The notes: generated from the sequence alone by a model not told the origin. Numbered from the stretch's first letter, positions 44,675 through 54,925 are shown. The stretch: DNA of 64,000 bases from an uncultured delta proteobacterium (GCA_963700085.1 CAVOWI010000020.1:79450-143449), one strand, 5' to 3'. Numbers and translations: made by a program.

Positions 44675-44875
44675 CTACGGCGACGCGCCGGTCGCGCCCG
44701 ATGCGCTTGCTGCGCTCCGGGCCTCGTGCGCATCCCACCGCTTCTGCAGATCTGCGCCCAGGTCCTCGAACCTGGGCGTGATGTCCTTCTTGGTCACGGC
44801 GTCGAAGCACTGCAGGCACTGGTGGAGGCCGGCCGGGGCCTCGATCACCCACTGGATGTGGTGAGGGCAGTTCAT
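44675..44875 (-). CDS. Small Cys/His protein (CPHH...CLQC, possible zinc ribbon), unknown function
   Basis: 66 aa from ATG 44875 (MNCPHHIQWVIEAPAGLHQCLQCF...). Nearly every codon ends in G/C, as in neighbouring genes. Lies 26 nt upstream of the MCP. The upstream part of track ORF 44675..45007 was rejected. Confidence 0.4.
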   Translation of the reverse strand: MNCPHHIQWVIEAPAGLHQCLQCFDAVTKKDITPRFEDLGADLQKRWDAHEARSAASASGATGASP

Positions 44876-44940
44876 GGACGCCTTTTTAGCGCAGCGAGCC
44901 TCGCCGGGGAAGGGCACGCCGCGTGGTATACGTTCCGGGA

Positions 44941-45411
44941 ATGGATGACCTGCGAGTTCCCAAGCGGGCGGTCCTGGTCGAGGTCGTCCTCCCCGGAGGC
45001 GACGCACGCGGGGTATCGATCTTTCTCGGCGAGGGCGCCGAGACCCACGAGGGCCCCGAGCGGCTCTCCGATCTACTGAACGGCAGCGCCCCGTTCATCC
45101 CGGCCCAGGATGCGGGGAGCGGGCTCATGACCTTCCTTCACCGCGCGTCGATAGCGGTCGCCCGGGTGGCCGCAACCGAGGAGCCCGCCGATGACTCCTT
45201 CACCATTCCCACCGAGCACGAGGTGGAGATCACGCTCGTCGACGGCTCCTGCGTGACCGGGCTCGTCGCCTACGTCGCCCCGGAGTCGCGCGAGCGACTC
45301 GTCGACTTCCTCAACCGACCCGAGCCCTTCTTCCGCCTCCTGGAGCGGGAAGGCGTCGCACTCGTCGGCCGGGCCCACGTGGCGCGGGTCGCGCTGGTCC
45401 CGAGGCACTGA
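44941..45411 (+). CDS. Hypothetical protein built from two copies of an approximately 65-aa repeat; translationally coupled to the PilT-like ATPase
   Basis: 156 aa from ATG 44941. Repeat 1 is VEVVLPGGDARGVSIFL...ERLSDLLNGSAPFIPAQ...LHRASIAVARV. Repeat 2 is VEITLVDGSCVTGLVAYV...ERLVDFLNRPEPFFRLL...VGRAHVARVAL. The stop TGA overlaps the next ATG (TGATG at 45409-45413). Confidence 0.55.
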   Translation: MDDLRVPKRAVLVEVVLPGGDARGVSIFLGEGAETHEGPERLSDLLNGSAPFIPAQDAGSGLMTFLHRASIAVARVAATEEPADDSFTIPTEHEVEITLVDGSCVTGLVAYVAPESRERLVDFLNRPEPFFRLLEREGVALVGRAHVARVALVPRH

Positions 45412-46958
45412 TGGCCCGTCTTGACGCCTTCATCGAGCGGCTCACCGGGAACCCCGGAGCGGAACTGCTTTTCCGGACCTCGCATGGCGTGGTCCTGTGC
45501 GCCGGGGGCGCCGAGCGCGTGCTGGTCCGTCAGCCCCTCTCCACGTCGCAGATCATCGGCGCCTTCGCCGAGGTCGTCCCTTCCGAGATGCAATCGGGCT
45601 TCCCGCGACCGGGCACCACGACCTTTCGTTACGGGTCTCCGGCGGGGACCATGGAGATCCTCTTCGACGCCCGCGGGGACGGGGTCAGCGCGGTGGTCCG
45701 CCCGGAGACCTCTGACGCCCCGGCGGCCATCCCCAGGTCGTCCGGGCTCCCCGAGACCGTCGCCGGGGCTGCCTGGGTCACGGCGCCGCCCGTCGTGAGC
45801 TTGCCCGAGGAGCGCCCTCCGGCGACCCCCCTTCCCGCCGACCCGCGAGAGGGAATGGACCGGCTTCTCTCCGAAGTGGTGTTGCGGCGGGCCTCGGACA
45901 TCCACCTCTCGAGCGGCAACCCGCCCTCGTTCCGCATCGACGGCGACATCGTGCCCGCCCCGGAACTGGGTGTGCTGGACGCTTCCCGGCTGGCGGACAT
46001 GCTCTGGACCCTCGCGCCGGCCAAGAACCGGACCGAGTTCGACGAACGGTCCGACACCGACTTCGCCCACGCCACCGAGGAGGCGCGCTTCCGCGTCAAC
46101 GTCTTCGCCGACCGGCACGGGATCGGCGCTGTGATGCGGCAGATCCCTTCGAAGATCCGCACCGCCGTGGACATGGGTCTCCCGCCAGCCATCCTCGAGC
46201 TGTGCTTCCTCTCCAAGGGTCTCGTGCTCGTCACCGGACCCACCGGATCCGGCAAGTCGACGACGCTGGCCGCCATGGTCGACCACGTGAACCGCAACCG
46301 CGACGACCACATCGTCACCATCGAGGACCCGGTGGAGTTCGTCCACGAGAACCAGCGCTGCCTCGTGAACCAGCGGGAGGTGGGAACGCACACCGCGTCC
46401 TTCAAGTCGGCGCTGCGCGCCGCGCTTCGCGAGGACCCGGACGTCGTGCTGGTGGGCGAGCTTCGGGATCTGGAGACCATCGCCATCGCCATCGAGACCG
46501 CCGAGACAGGCCACCTGGTCTTCGGCACCCTTCACACCAACAGCGCGCCGTCCACGGTCGACCGGATCATCGACCAGTTCCCCTCCGACCGGCAGTCGCA
46601 GATCCGCACCATGCTCTCCGAATCGCTGAAGGCGGTGGTGACGCAGGTGCTCTGCAAGAAGGTGGGCGGCGGGCGCGTGGCCGCCATGGAGATCCTGCTC
46701 TGCACGAGCAGCGTGTCGAACCTCATCCGCGAGGGAAAGACCTTCCAGATCCCGTCGGTCATGCAGACCGCCAAGGGGATCGGCATGGCGACGCTCAACG
46801 ACTCGCTCCTCGACCTGGTGAAGAAGGGGCTCGTGGAGCCTGCCGAGGCGATGTCCAAGGCGGTCGCCAAGGCCGAGCTGAAGCAGTTGCTCGAGCGAGC
46901 CGGAATCTCCCTTCCCCCTGACGCTGCGTCCCGTCCGGCGGACCCTCGCCCGGAATGA
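45411..46958 (+). CDS. PilT-family type IV pilus retraction-type ATPase with an approximately 150-aa N-terminal extension
   Basis: 515 aa. Walker A GPTGSGKSTT. Asp box/Walker B DPDVVLVGELRD. His box GHLVFGTLHTN. The extension (LDAFIERLTGNPGAELLFRTSHGVV...TMEILFDARGDGVSAVVRP) mirrors the canonical PilT N-domain (MDRLLSEVVLRRASDIHLSSGNPPS...ARFRVNVFADRHGIGAVMRQIP). Confidence 0.9.
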   Translation: MARLDAFIERLTGNPGAELLFRTSHGVVLCAGGAERVLVRQPLSTSQIIGAFAEVVPSEMQSGFPRPGTTTFRYGSPAGTMEILFDARGDGVSAVVRPETSDAPAAIPRSSGLPETVAGAAWVTAPPVVSLPEERPPATPLPADPREGMDRLLSEVVLRRASDIHLSSGNPPSFRIDGDIVPAPELGVLDASRLADMLWTLAPAKNRTEFDERSDTDFAHATEEARFRVNVFADRHGIGAVMRQIPSKIRTAVDMGLPPAILELCFLSKGLVLVTGPTGSGKSTTLAAMVDHVNRNRDDHIVTIEDPVEFVHENQRCLVNQREVGTHTASFKSALRAALREDPDVVLVGELRDLETIAIAIETAETGHLVFGTLHTNSAPSTVDRIIDQFPSDRQSQIRTMLSESLKAVVTQVLCKKVGGGRVAAMEILLCTSSVSNLIREGKTFQIPSVMQTAKGIGMATLNDSLLDLVKKGLVEPAEAMSKAVAKAELKQLLERAGISLPPDAASRPADPRPE

Positions 46959-48859
46959 AGCGCCCTTCCCTGGCGACGCGGTTCGGCCCCTGGGGCGCGC
47001 TCGCCGTCCTGCTCGCGGCCACGGCCGTCGCCTACGGTCCGGCGCTCGCCGGCCCGTTCGTCCTCGACGACTGGGGAAGCATCCAGGCCAACATGCGGCT
47101 GCGCCAGCCGGACGCGATCCGCCCCCCTTCGCTGGCGGAGATGCTCGGTCCTTCACGGCCCGTGACCGAGGTCACCTTCGCGATCGACTACCGGGCGGCC
47201 GGGCTCGACCCGGCGCGTTTCCACGCCGTCGGCCTGGCCCTCCACCTGGCCGCCGTGGTCCTCGCCTTTGCCTTCCTGGCAGCCCTGCTCCGTCGTGCCG
47301 GTCATCCTCGCCCCCGCGGCCTGGCGCTGGTGGTCGCCGGAGTCTTCGCCCTCCACCCGATCCAGGCCGAAGCCGTCGCCTACGCGGCACAGCGCTCCGA
47401 GGTGCTGGCGTCGCTCCTCTACCTGCTCGCGATGGCCCTTCTCGATCGCTCCGCCGCGGGATGGGGAACCTGGCGGGGGGCGGCCACCTGGGCCGGAGGC
47501 GCCATCGCCTGGCTTCTCGCCATGGGGGCGAAGACCATCGCCATCAGCGTTCCGGGAGCCTTCGTCGTCGATCAGGTCGTGGTGGCTCCGGCGTCGGAAC
47601 GGGGCGCGGCACCGATGCGCCGCCGCGCGCTGCGCGCCCTCGCCCTGGCCGCACCGCTTCTCGCGCTCGGGGCCTGGAGCGCCTCCCTCCACTTCCGATC
47701 GTTCGCCGAGAACCCGGGCGGCGGCGCAGGGTTCTCGGAGACGCCCTTTTCCTCCGGCGCCTACTTCCTGACCCAGCTTCGGGTTCAGTGGCTCTATCTC
47801 CGGTTGCTGGCCTGGCCGCGCGGCCTCGCATTCGACCGTTTCTTCGAGCCCAGCGTCGGTCCGGACGGTGCGGTGCTTGCCGCCGGCGCCGGCGCCCTCG
47901 CGCTCCTCGTGCTGGCCGCGTTCCTCTGGGTTCGCGCCGAGCGCTCGCCGGTTCCCCGGCCGGCGGAGCGGCTCGCTGCCTTCGGCATCCTCTTCTGGTT
48001 CGTGGCCCTCTCGCCGACCTCCTCCTTCGTGCCGGTGACCGACCTGGCGGTGGAGCACCGCGTATACCTGGCGTCGCTCGGTCCGTTCCTGGCCGCAGCA
48101 GTCGGGGGCGACGCCCTCCTGCACAGGCTGCTCCCCCGGCCGCGCGCCACGCTGGCCGCCGCAGGGCTCGGCCTGGTCGTCCTCGTCGCGCTGGGCCTGG
48201 CACTCGCATCCCGGGCCCGGATCTGGCGTTCGGCAGAGGCGCTCTGGCGCGAGGCCGCCTCGTCGTCGCCGGACAACCCCCGAGCCTGGACCAACCTCGC
48301 CCTGGAACTCCAGCGTCGGGGCGATCGCGCCGGGGCCGAGGCGTCGTACCGCCGGGCCTGGACGGTGGCGCGCCAGCCGGGTCGGGTCATCGGCGTGGCC
48401 CGGAACCACGCCTCGCTCCTCATCGACTCTGGTCGCCCTGCCGAGGCGCTGGAGGTGCTGGATCGGGGGCTCGCCGTATCGCCGGACGACCCTGCTCTCC
48501 GGGCCAACCGGGCGGCGGCGCTCGGCATGCTGGGACGCCCCGAGGAGGCCCTCGTGGAGGCGCGGCGCGCCGCCTCGGTGAGCCCCGGCGATCCCCTCAT
48601 GCGCAACGTCCTCGGCCAGGCACTTGCCGTGAACGGTGACTGGTCCGCCGCGCTGGCGGAGTTCAGGGCCGCCCAGGCCCTCGACCCGGGCGTTCCCGAC
48701 TTCCCGATCGCGGCTGCCATCTCGCTCGCCGGCCTCGGTCGACGGGAGGAGGCCTGCGCAGCATTCCGCGACGTCGCCGCCCGCTACCGGGTGCGTCCGC
48801 TCCCCCTCGACGCTGCAAGGCGCGCCGCCGCGCTCGGCTGTCCGCTCCCGGCTCCCTGA
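46955..48859 (+). CDS. Polytopic GT-C-like (TMTC/PMT-type) membrane protein with C-terminal TPR repeats
   Basis: 634 aa, about 10 TM helices. An early loop acidic motif FVLDDWGS and ...[13 protein letters not shown]..., [10 protein letters not shown].... The C-terminal approximately 200 aa carry TPR-like repeats ([25 protein letters not shown]..., [26 protein letters not shown]...). ATGA and TGATG overlaps with neighbours. Confidence 0.75.
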   Translation: MKRPSLATRFGPWGALAVLLAATAVAYGPALAGPFVLDDWGSIQANMRLRQPDAIRPPSLAEMLGPSRPVTEVTFAIDYRAAGLDPARFHAVGLALHLAAVVLAFAFLAALLRRAGHPRPRGLALVVAGVFALHPIQAEAVAYAAQRSEVLASLLYLLAMALLDRSAAGWGTWRGAATWAGGAIAWLLAMGAKTIAISVPGAFVVDQVVVAPASERGAAPMRRRALRALALAAPLLALGAWSASLHFRSFAENPGGGAGFSETPFSSGAYFLTQLRVQWLYLRLLAWPRGLAFDRFFEPSVGPDGAVLAAGAGALALLVLAAFLWVRAERSPVPRPAERLAAFGILFWFVALSPTSSFVPVTDLAVEHRVYLASLGPFLAAAVGGDALLHRLLPRPRATLAAAGLGLVVLVALGLALASRARIWRSAEALWREAASSSPDNPRAWTNLALELQRRGDRAGAEASYRRAWTVARQPGRVIGVARNHASLLIDSGRPAEALEVLDRGLAVSPDDPALRANRAAALGMLGRPEEALVEARRAASVSPGDPLMRNVLGQALAVNGDWSAALAEFRAAQALDPGVPDFPIAAAISLAGLGRREEACAAFRDVAARYRVRPLPLDAARRAAALGCPLPAP

Positions 48860-51419
48860 TGCCCGCCGACGCCCCCCTCGCCGCGCTGCTCCCGATCCCG
48901 GGCGCACCGCCCCTCGACGACTCGCAGGTGCTCGACCGATTCGTCTCCTGGGTGGCCTCCTCCGGCCTCTCCCTCTACCCGGCCCAGGAGGAGGCGATCC
49001 TGGAACTGCTGGAGGGGCGGCACGTCGTGCTCTCCACGCCCACCGGGTCGGGCAAGTCGATGGTGGCGAACTTCCTCCACTTCCAGGCCATGGCCCGCGG
49101 GGAGCGCTCCTTCTACACCTGTCCGATCAAGGCGCTCGTGAACGAGAAGTTCTTCGACCTGTGCCGCCTCTTCGGTCCGGAGAACGTGGGGATGATGACC
49201 GGAGACGGGGCCGTGAACCGGGACGCGCCCATCATCTGCTGCACCGCCGAGATCCTGATGAACGTGGCGCTCCGCGAGGAGTCCCCGCGTGTCGACGCGG
49301 TGGTGATGGACGAGTTCCACTACTACGCCGACCGGGATCGCGGCGTGGCCTGGCAGGTGCCCCTGCTCCTGCTCGAGAAGGCCCGCTTCCTGCTCATGTC
49401 GGCGACCCTGGGCGACGTGGAGGTCATCGCCGAAGGGCTCACCGCGCTCACCGGCCGGGGCGTGGCCGAGGTGCGCAGCGACGATCGTCCGGTGCCGCTG
49501 GAATTCGTCTGGCAGGAGACCCCGCTCCACGAGACCCTCGAGGAGCTGGTGAGCGCGGGACGGGCGCCGGTCTATCTGGTGAATTTCACGCAGCGTGCAG
49601 CAGCCGAACAGGCGCAGAATCTGATGAGCGCCAGGTTCTCCTCGAAGGAGGAGAAGGAGCGGCTCAAGGAGGCCCTGACCGGCTTCCGCTTCGACACCCC
49701 TTTCGGCAAGGAGCTGCAGCGTTTCCTCCGTCACGGGGTCGGGCTCCACCACGCCGGACTCCTTCCCAAGTACCGGCTCCTGGTGGAGAGGCTGGCGCAG
49801 CAGGGGCTCCTCAAGGTCGTGTCCGGAACCGACACGCTGGGGATGGGCGTGAACATTCCCATCCGCACCGTGCTCTTCACGCAACTCTGCAAGTTCGACG
49901 GGGAGAAGACGGGCATCCTGACCGCCCGGGACTTTCGCCAGATCGCCGGACGGGCCGGGCGCAAGGGCTTCGACGACCGGGGCTTCGTGGTCGCGCAGGC
50001 CCCCGAGCACGTCATCGAGAACAAGCGCATCGCCGAGAAGCAGGCGGCCGGGAAGAAGATCGAGAAGAAGAAGCCTCCGCAGAAGGGCTTCGTGCCCTGG
50101 GACCGGAGCACCTTCGAGAAGCTGCAGATCAAGGCGCCCGAGCCGCTGGAGAGCCGCTTCGACGTGACCTTCGGCCTCCTTCTCAACCTTCTCCAGAGCG
50201 AGACCTCCCGGCGGGGCGGCCGCTACGGGCGGCTCATCGAGCTCATCGGGCGCTCCCACGGGAACGATCACGTCCGGGCGCGCCTTCGACGGGTGGCGGC
50301 CCAGCGCTTCCGGACGCTCCGAGCGGCCGGACTCCTGGAACTGCACTGCGTGGAGGGGTACCGGGGGCGCCACGTCCGCCCGCCGTCGGCCTGCAGCGCG
50401 ACTTCTCCATCTTCCACACGCTGACGCTCTACCTGCTCGACAGCCTGCCCCGCATCGACCCGGAGCGGGAGACCTATGCCCTCGACGTGCTCACCCAGGT
50501 CGAATCGATCCTGGAGAACCCGGACGTGGTCCTCTGGAAGCAGCTCGACCGGGCCCGGGGCGAGGCCGTGGCGCGCATGAAGGCCGAGGGCAAGGAATAC
50601 GACGAGCGCATGGCCGCGCTGGAGAACGTCGAGTACCCCAAGCCCAACGCCGACTTCGTCTACGCCACCTTCAACGAGTTCGCCGCCCGCCACCCGTGGG
50701 TCGGACGCGAGAACATCCGGCCCAAGTCGGTGGCGCGGGAGATGGTCGAGCGGGCCATGTCCTTCAACGACTACGTCCGCGAGTACGAGTTGCAGCGGAG
50801 CGAGGGGGTGCTGCTCCGCTACCTCTCCGAGGCCTACAAGACACTGGCGCAGAGCGTTCCCGAGACCTTCCGCGACGAGGCCCTCGAGGACGTGGTGGCC
50901 TTCCTGCGGGCCACGGTGCGCGGCGTCGATTCGAGCCTGGTGGACGAGTGGGAGCGGATGCGCGCCGGCCAGGCCGAGCCGGGGCTGACTGCAGCGGCAG
51001 AACCCGGCATCGCTCCGACCGCGCCCACCTTCGCGCTCGACCCGGCGGCGAACCCCCGGGCCTTCATGGCCAGGGTGCGCGCGGAGTTGCACCGGTTGCT
51101 CGGGGCCCTGGCGCGTGGGTCCCTCGAGGAGGCCGCCAACCTCGTCCGCCAGGTCCCGGGGCAGGAGTGGACGCCGAAGCGGCTCGAGGAGGCGCTGGCG
51201 CCCTACTGGTCGGAGCACACGCACATCGACGTCACCCCGGCGGCCCGACGGCCCGACAACACCTTCCTCACCGAGGTCGGGCCCCGGCGCTGGCAGGCCG
51301 TGCAGCGAATCGTCGACGAGGCCGGCGAAGTGGACTGGATGGTCGAGTGCGACGTGGATCTCACCGGGCCGCACGACCCGGACGAACCCCTGATCTCGCT
51401 GGTTCGCGTGGCCACCTAG
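48859..51419 (+). CDS. Ski2/SftH-like DEAD/DEAH-box SF2 helicase with DUF3516-type C-terminal domain; frameshifted as assembled
   Basis: [15 protein letters not shown], and [10 protein letters not shown] in track ORF 48859..50424. The C-terminal domain (..[22 protein letters not shown]... to ...LISLVRVAT*) is in the frame of ORF 48636..51419. The span is 2561 nt (2 mod 3), implying one missing base within 50350-50385. Confidence 0.85.
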
Positions 51420-51434
51420 CCGGTCCGGGTCGCG

Positions 51435-52139
51435 TCACGGCCTGAAGACGCCCGTGGGCGCCTCGACCAGGAACTCGACCGAACGGATCTCGGTGGTTCC
51501 GGAGTGTCGCCCCTGCACGAAGTTCTCCTCCCGGAAGGGGACGAGCACGCCCGACACCTTCCGGAACTCGGAAAAGGCGGTGACGAACTCCAGATTCCCC
51601 ACGCCTCCGGGCATGCGCGCCACCGCTCGGAGGATCCGGCCGCTTCCGGGATCGATCTCGGCCGTGAGGGCGAGCCCGTCCCCGAGCAGGAGCGTCAGCG
51701 CGCGGAGCTTCTTCCCATCGCGCTCCACCGTTCCCTCGTCCACCAGCCGCTCCAGGTTGGCGAGAAGCGACGCCGGAAGCTCCATCCGGGCCGACTGGAG
51801 CACCATCGCGACATGGGGCGGGGCGCCGGTCACCTCGCGGCCGTCGCGCCACCCCCGCGCGCCGTCGAGGATGCGCTGCTCCGGCATGCCTCCCGGATAG
51901 GCGATGGTGACGCGAAGCCGTCGCGGGCTCTCGTGGATGCGAAGCACCCGGCCGACGTCCTTCGACTGGTGGGCCGTGACCTCTCCCTCCTGGACCACGA
52001 CCGGATACTTTTCCGAGCGCCGCCTTGCCTCCGTAGGCCTCGATCACCTTCTCCACGAGCGCGCCGACGGAGGGTGTGACCGGGGTGGCGGTGAGCGCGA
52101 GGCGAGGGCGATGAGTGGCATGCAATGCATCACGGTCAT
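51435..52139 (-). CDS. Secreted protein, possibly LolA-like/outer-membrane lipoprotein-sorting fold; two compensating frame breaks as assembled
   Basis: GGGAGGA lies 7 nt upstream of ATG 52139 (MTVMHCMPLIALA...). The sequence continues in a second frame (LALTATPVTPSVGALVEKVIEAYGGKAALGKVS), then in track ORF 51435..51998 (VVQEGEVTAHQSKDVGRVLRIHES...). The span is 705 nt (0 mod 3), with a -1 break near 52095-52108 and a +1 break near 51996-52008. The fold call is weak. Confidence 0.45.
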
Positions 52140-52230
52140 GGTTATATCCTCCCGGATCCCCCCAGATGCATCGGTATCTGCCCGCGGGGTTCTTGACACC
52201 CACCCTCGCTGGGCCCCATGAGTACAGCCC

Positions 52231-52596
52231 ATGTTCTCTGCCCCACAGCCCAAGCACGACAGGCGTTGGCCCCGCGGCCAGCGCTTCGGCCTCTCGGCCC
52301 AGGGCGTCGATGCGGAGGCCGCTTATCGGGCCACCGTCCAGGACGTCCGGTCGCTCGGCCGCGACGCGCTGGCGATGGCCGAGAAGCGCTGGGCCGAGCC
52401 GCTCGGGCTCCAGCCGGCCGACGGCGTCGTGATGGCCCAGGTCCGCCCCGGGCGGCGGTCGTTCGCCGACCTCGGGCAGGCCCTCGAGGACTGCGGGCTG
52501 GCCCAGGCCCAGATCCGGGAGTCGGTCGATCGACTGGTCGAACGGGGGCTCGTGGAGGCCATGCCCCTTCCCGGGACCGCAGCCGTCGCCCCCTGA
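52231..52596 (+). CDS. Hypothetical protein (possible winged-helix C-terminus)
   Basis: 121 aa, strong GC3 bias. ...FADLGQALEDCGLAQAQIRESVDRLVERGLVEA resembles a wHTH recognition segment. The start codon is uncertain. Confidence 0.45.
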   Translation: MFSAPQPKHDRRWPRGQRFGLSAQGVDAEAAYRATVQDVRSLGRDALAMAEKRWAEPLGLQPADGVVMAQVRPGRRSFADLGQALEDCGLAQAQIRESVDRLVERGLVEAMPLPGTAAVAP

Positions 52597-52622
52597 CGGT
52601 CGTTCGCCCGCCCTCGGTTCCT

Positions 52623-52994
52623 TCACTCCAGGTCGCGCCGGCCCGACTTCCGTTCGGAGGTGTGCCGCTTCGCCTCCAGCCTCCGCTCCTTCGCGCCGCG
52701 AGTGGGCTTGGTGGCGACGCGTCTCTTCGGGACGTGGGAGAGGGCCTGCAGCCGCTCCCGGAGCCGGACCAGCGCGACGGACCGGTTCTGCGCCTGGCTG
52801 CGCCGCTCCGTCGCGGTGACGGTGACCTCGGTGGGGCGGTGGACGAGCCGCACCCCGCTCGCGGTCTTGTTGCGGTGCTGTCCTCCCGGACCCCCGGCCA
52901 CGAAGAACTCCTCGTCGCACTCGGCGGCGAGCGCGTCGCCCGGGAGCGAGAGGGCGCGCCGGGCCGCGGCGCGAATGTGTGGGGCAATCTCCAT
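52623..52994 (-). CDS. arfB: Peptidyl-tRNA hydrolase ArfB-type (class I release-factor-like GGQ protein, ribosome rescue)
   Basis: 123 aa. GGQ motif GGPGGQHRNKTASGVRL. Basic C-terminal tail KPTRGAKERRLEAKRHTSERKSGRR, typical of ArfB/YaeJ. Confidence 0.8.
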   Translation of the reverse strand: MEIAPHIRAAARRALSLPGDALAAECDEEFFVAGGPGGQHRNKTASGVRLVHRPTEVTVTATERRSQAQNRSVALVRLRERLQALSHVPKRRVATKPTRGAKERRLEAKRHTSERKSGRRDLE

Positions 52995-52998
52995 GCAG

Positions 52999-53706
52999 CT
53001 AGCGCTCGTTCGCCTGGTCGGAAACGATGCGGCCGTCGACCAGCTCGATGATCCGGTCGGTTCGCTCGGCGAGCCGCCGGTCGTGCGTGACGACGAGGAA
53101 GGTGACCTTCTGGCGCTGGTTCACCTCCCGGAGCAGCGAGAAGACCTCGTCGGCGGTCTGGGTGTCGAGGTTTCCGGTTGGCTCGTCGGCCAGGACGACG
53201 CTGGGATCCATGGCAAGCGACCGCGCGATGGCCACCCGCTGCGCCTGGCCTCCGGAGAGGGTGGTGGCCCGGTTGTCGGCCCGGGCCGACAGACCCACCC
53301 GATCGAGCAGCGCCCGCCCGCATTCCGGCATCGAGGCGTCGAGACGCCCCTTCGCCGCGGCCATCGGGATCATGACGTTCTCGAGCGCCGAGAACTCGGG
53401 GAGGAGATGGTGGAACTGGAAGACGAATCCGAGGGTCGTGCCCCGGCAGCGGGTGAGCTGGTCGTCGTCCATCGCCCCGGTGTCCTCTCCGCCCAGGAGG
53501 ACCCGGCCGCTGGTCGGCCGATCGAGGAGCCCCATGATGTGGAGCAGCGTGCTCTTGCCCGATCCCGAAGGCCCCATGAGCGCCGCGAACTCTCCGCGAC
53601 GCAGCGTGAAATCCACCCCGCGCAGCACCTGGGTGCGGGCCTCCCCCTCGCCGAAGTCGCGGGTGATGCCCTCCAGGCGCAGGACCTCCGGGCGGGGTTC
53701 ACCCAT
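52999..53706 (-). CDS. ABC transporter ATP-binding protein (LolD/MacB-ATPase type)
   Basis: Walker A GPSGSGKST, Q-loop, signature LSGGQAQRVAIAR, Walker B VVLADEPTGNLD, H-loop VTHD. ATG 53706 overlaps the permease 3' end by 8 nt. Confidence 0.92.
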   Translation of the reverse strand: MGEPRPEVLRLEGITRDFGEGEARTQVLRGVDFTLRRGEFAALMGPSGSGKSTLLHIMGLLDRPTSGRVLLGGEDTGAMDDDQLTRCRGTTLGFVFQFHHLLPEFSALENVMIPMAAAKGRLDASMPECGRALLDRVGLSARADNRATTLSGGQAQRVAIARSLAMDPSVVLADEPTGNLDTQTADEVFSLLREVNQRQKVTFLVVTHDRRLAERTDRIIELVDGRIVSDQANER

Positions 53707-54910
53707 AGCGGATGACCTCGGCTGGATTGAGGCGAGCCGCGCGGGAGGCCGGGTACCAGGCGGCCAGGGTCCCGGTGAAGATGGCGACCGCGGCCGCACC
53801 CAGGAAGAGCCCCAGGGTCAGGTCCACCGGGAAGAGCGGGGCGCCGGTGGGCCCCCTGGCCAGGTTCGCGAAGGCCAGCGACATGACCGAGCCCAGGAGC
53901 GCGCCCAGCACCGAACCCACCGCCCCGACGATGGCCCCCTCCAGGAGGAAGATGCGCTGGATGGTCCGCGTGGTCGTCCCGGTGGCCTTGAGGATCCCGA
54001 TCTCGCGCGACTTCTGGATGACCGAGACCCCCAGCACGCTGGCGATGCCCAGCGTCACCGCCAGGACCACCAGCGCCTGGATCATCCAGCTCGACGCCGA
54101 CTGGGACTTGAGGCCCACCAGCAGTTGCTGGTTCACCTCCATCCAGCTGTCGGCGGCCAGCCCGGTGCGCCGCTGGATGTCCCTGGCCAGCCGCTCGGCC
54201 TCGAAGATCTCCGCCACCTTCACCTCGAGCGTGGTGGCGCCTCCGGGGACGTCGAGGAGGGTCTGGGCCGAGCGGAGCGGGACGAAGACCCAGCGCTGGT
54301 TCACGTCCTTGTTCCCCAGGTCGAAGATCCCGGCGATGGTGAAGACGTCTCCTCGCCCCTCCGGCGTGGCCAGGCGGACCTTGTCGCCGACCGCCACCCC
54401 GAGGTCGCTCGCCAGGACCGTCCCGATGATGGCCTCGGTCCCCTCCAGCGCGAAGTGGCCGGACTTCATCTTGGGGACGATCTCGATGACCTGGGAGAAG
54501 GTCGCCGGTTCGATGCCCCGCAGCGCCACCGACTTGGTGGCGGGCCCCCGGCTCGCGAACGCCGATCCGGCCGCCGTGGGCGTGGCCGCGACCACGCCAG
54601 GGATGCTCCGCACCGAGTCCAGGACCTGCTGCCACTGCTCGATGGACCGGATGCGATCCGGCACCTTCTCCACGCGGTCGGCGACGGCGCTCGTTGCCGG
54701 AAGCGGCCGCGCCACCCGCTCCGGGGACTTCACGAGGATGTGGGCCTGCGCCGACAGCGTCTGGGCCACGAGCGTGCGCTGCAGGCCGCCGATGAGGGCG
54801 GTGAGAAAGATGAGCACCGCCACGCCCACCGTGGTCCCGCCCAGGACGAGCGCGGTCTGGGCCTTGCCCTCCTTGAGGTACCGCAGGGCGATGAAGACCT
54901 CGAAGCGCAT
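53699..54910 (-). CDS. ABC transporter permease, FtsX/MacB/LolCE family
   Basis: 403 aa. MRFEVFIALRYLKEGK... N-terminus, a large periplasmic MacB_PCD-like loop, and a C-terminal FtsX 3-helix bundle (...REIGILKATGTTTRTIQRIFLLEG...). Confidence 0.92.
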   Translation of the reverse strand: MRFEVFIALRYLKEGKAQTALVLGGTTVGVAVLIFLTALIGGLQRTLVAQTLSAQAHILVKSPERVARPLPATSAVADRVEKVPDRIRSIEQWQQVLDSVRSIPGVVAATPTAAGSAFASRGPATKSVALRGIEPATFSQVIEIVPKMKSGHFALEGTEAIIGTVLASDLGVAVGDKVRLATPEGRGDVFTIAGIFDLGNKDVNQRWVFVPLRSAQTLLDVPGGATTLEVKVAEIFEAERLARDIQRRTGLAADSWMEVNQQLLVGLKSQSASSWMIQALVVLAVTLGIASVLGVSVIQKSREIGILKATGTTTRTIQRIFLLEGAIVGAVGSVLGALLGSVMSLAFANLARGPTGAPLFPVDLTLGLFLGAAAVAIFTGTLAAWYPASRAARLNPAEVIRYG

Positions 54911-54925
54911 GCGCCGCCCCTGCCC

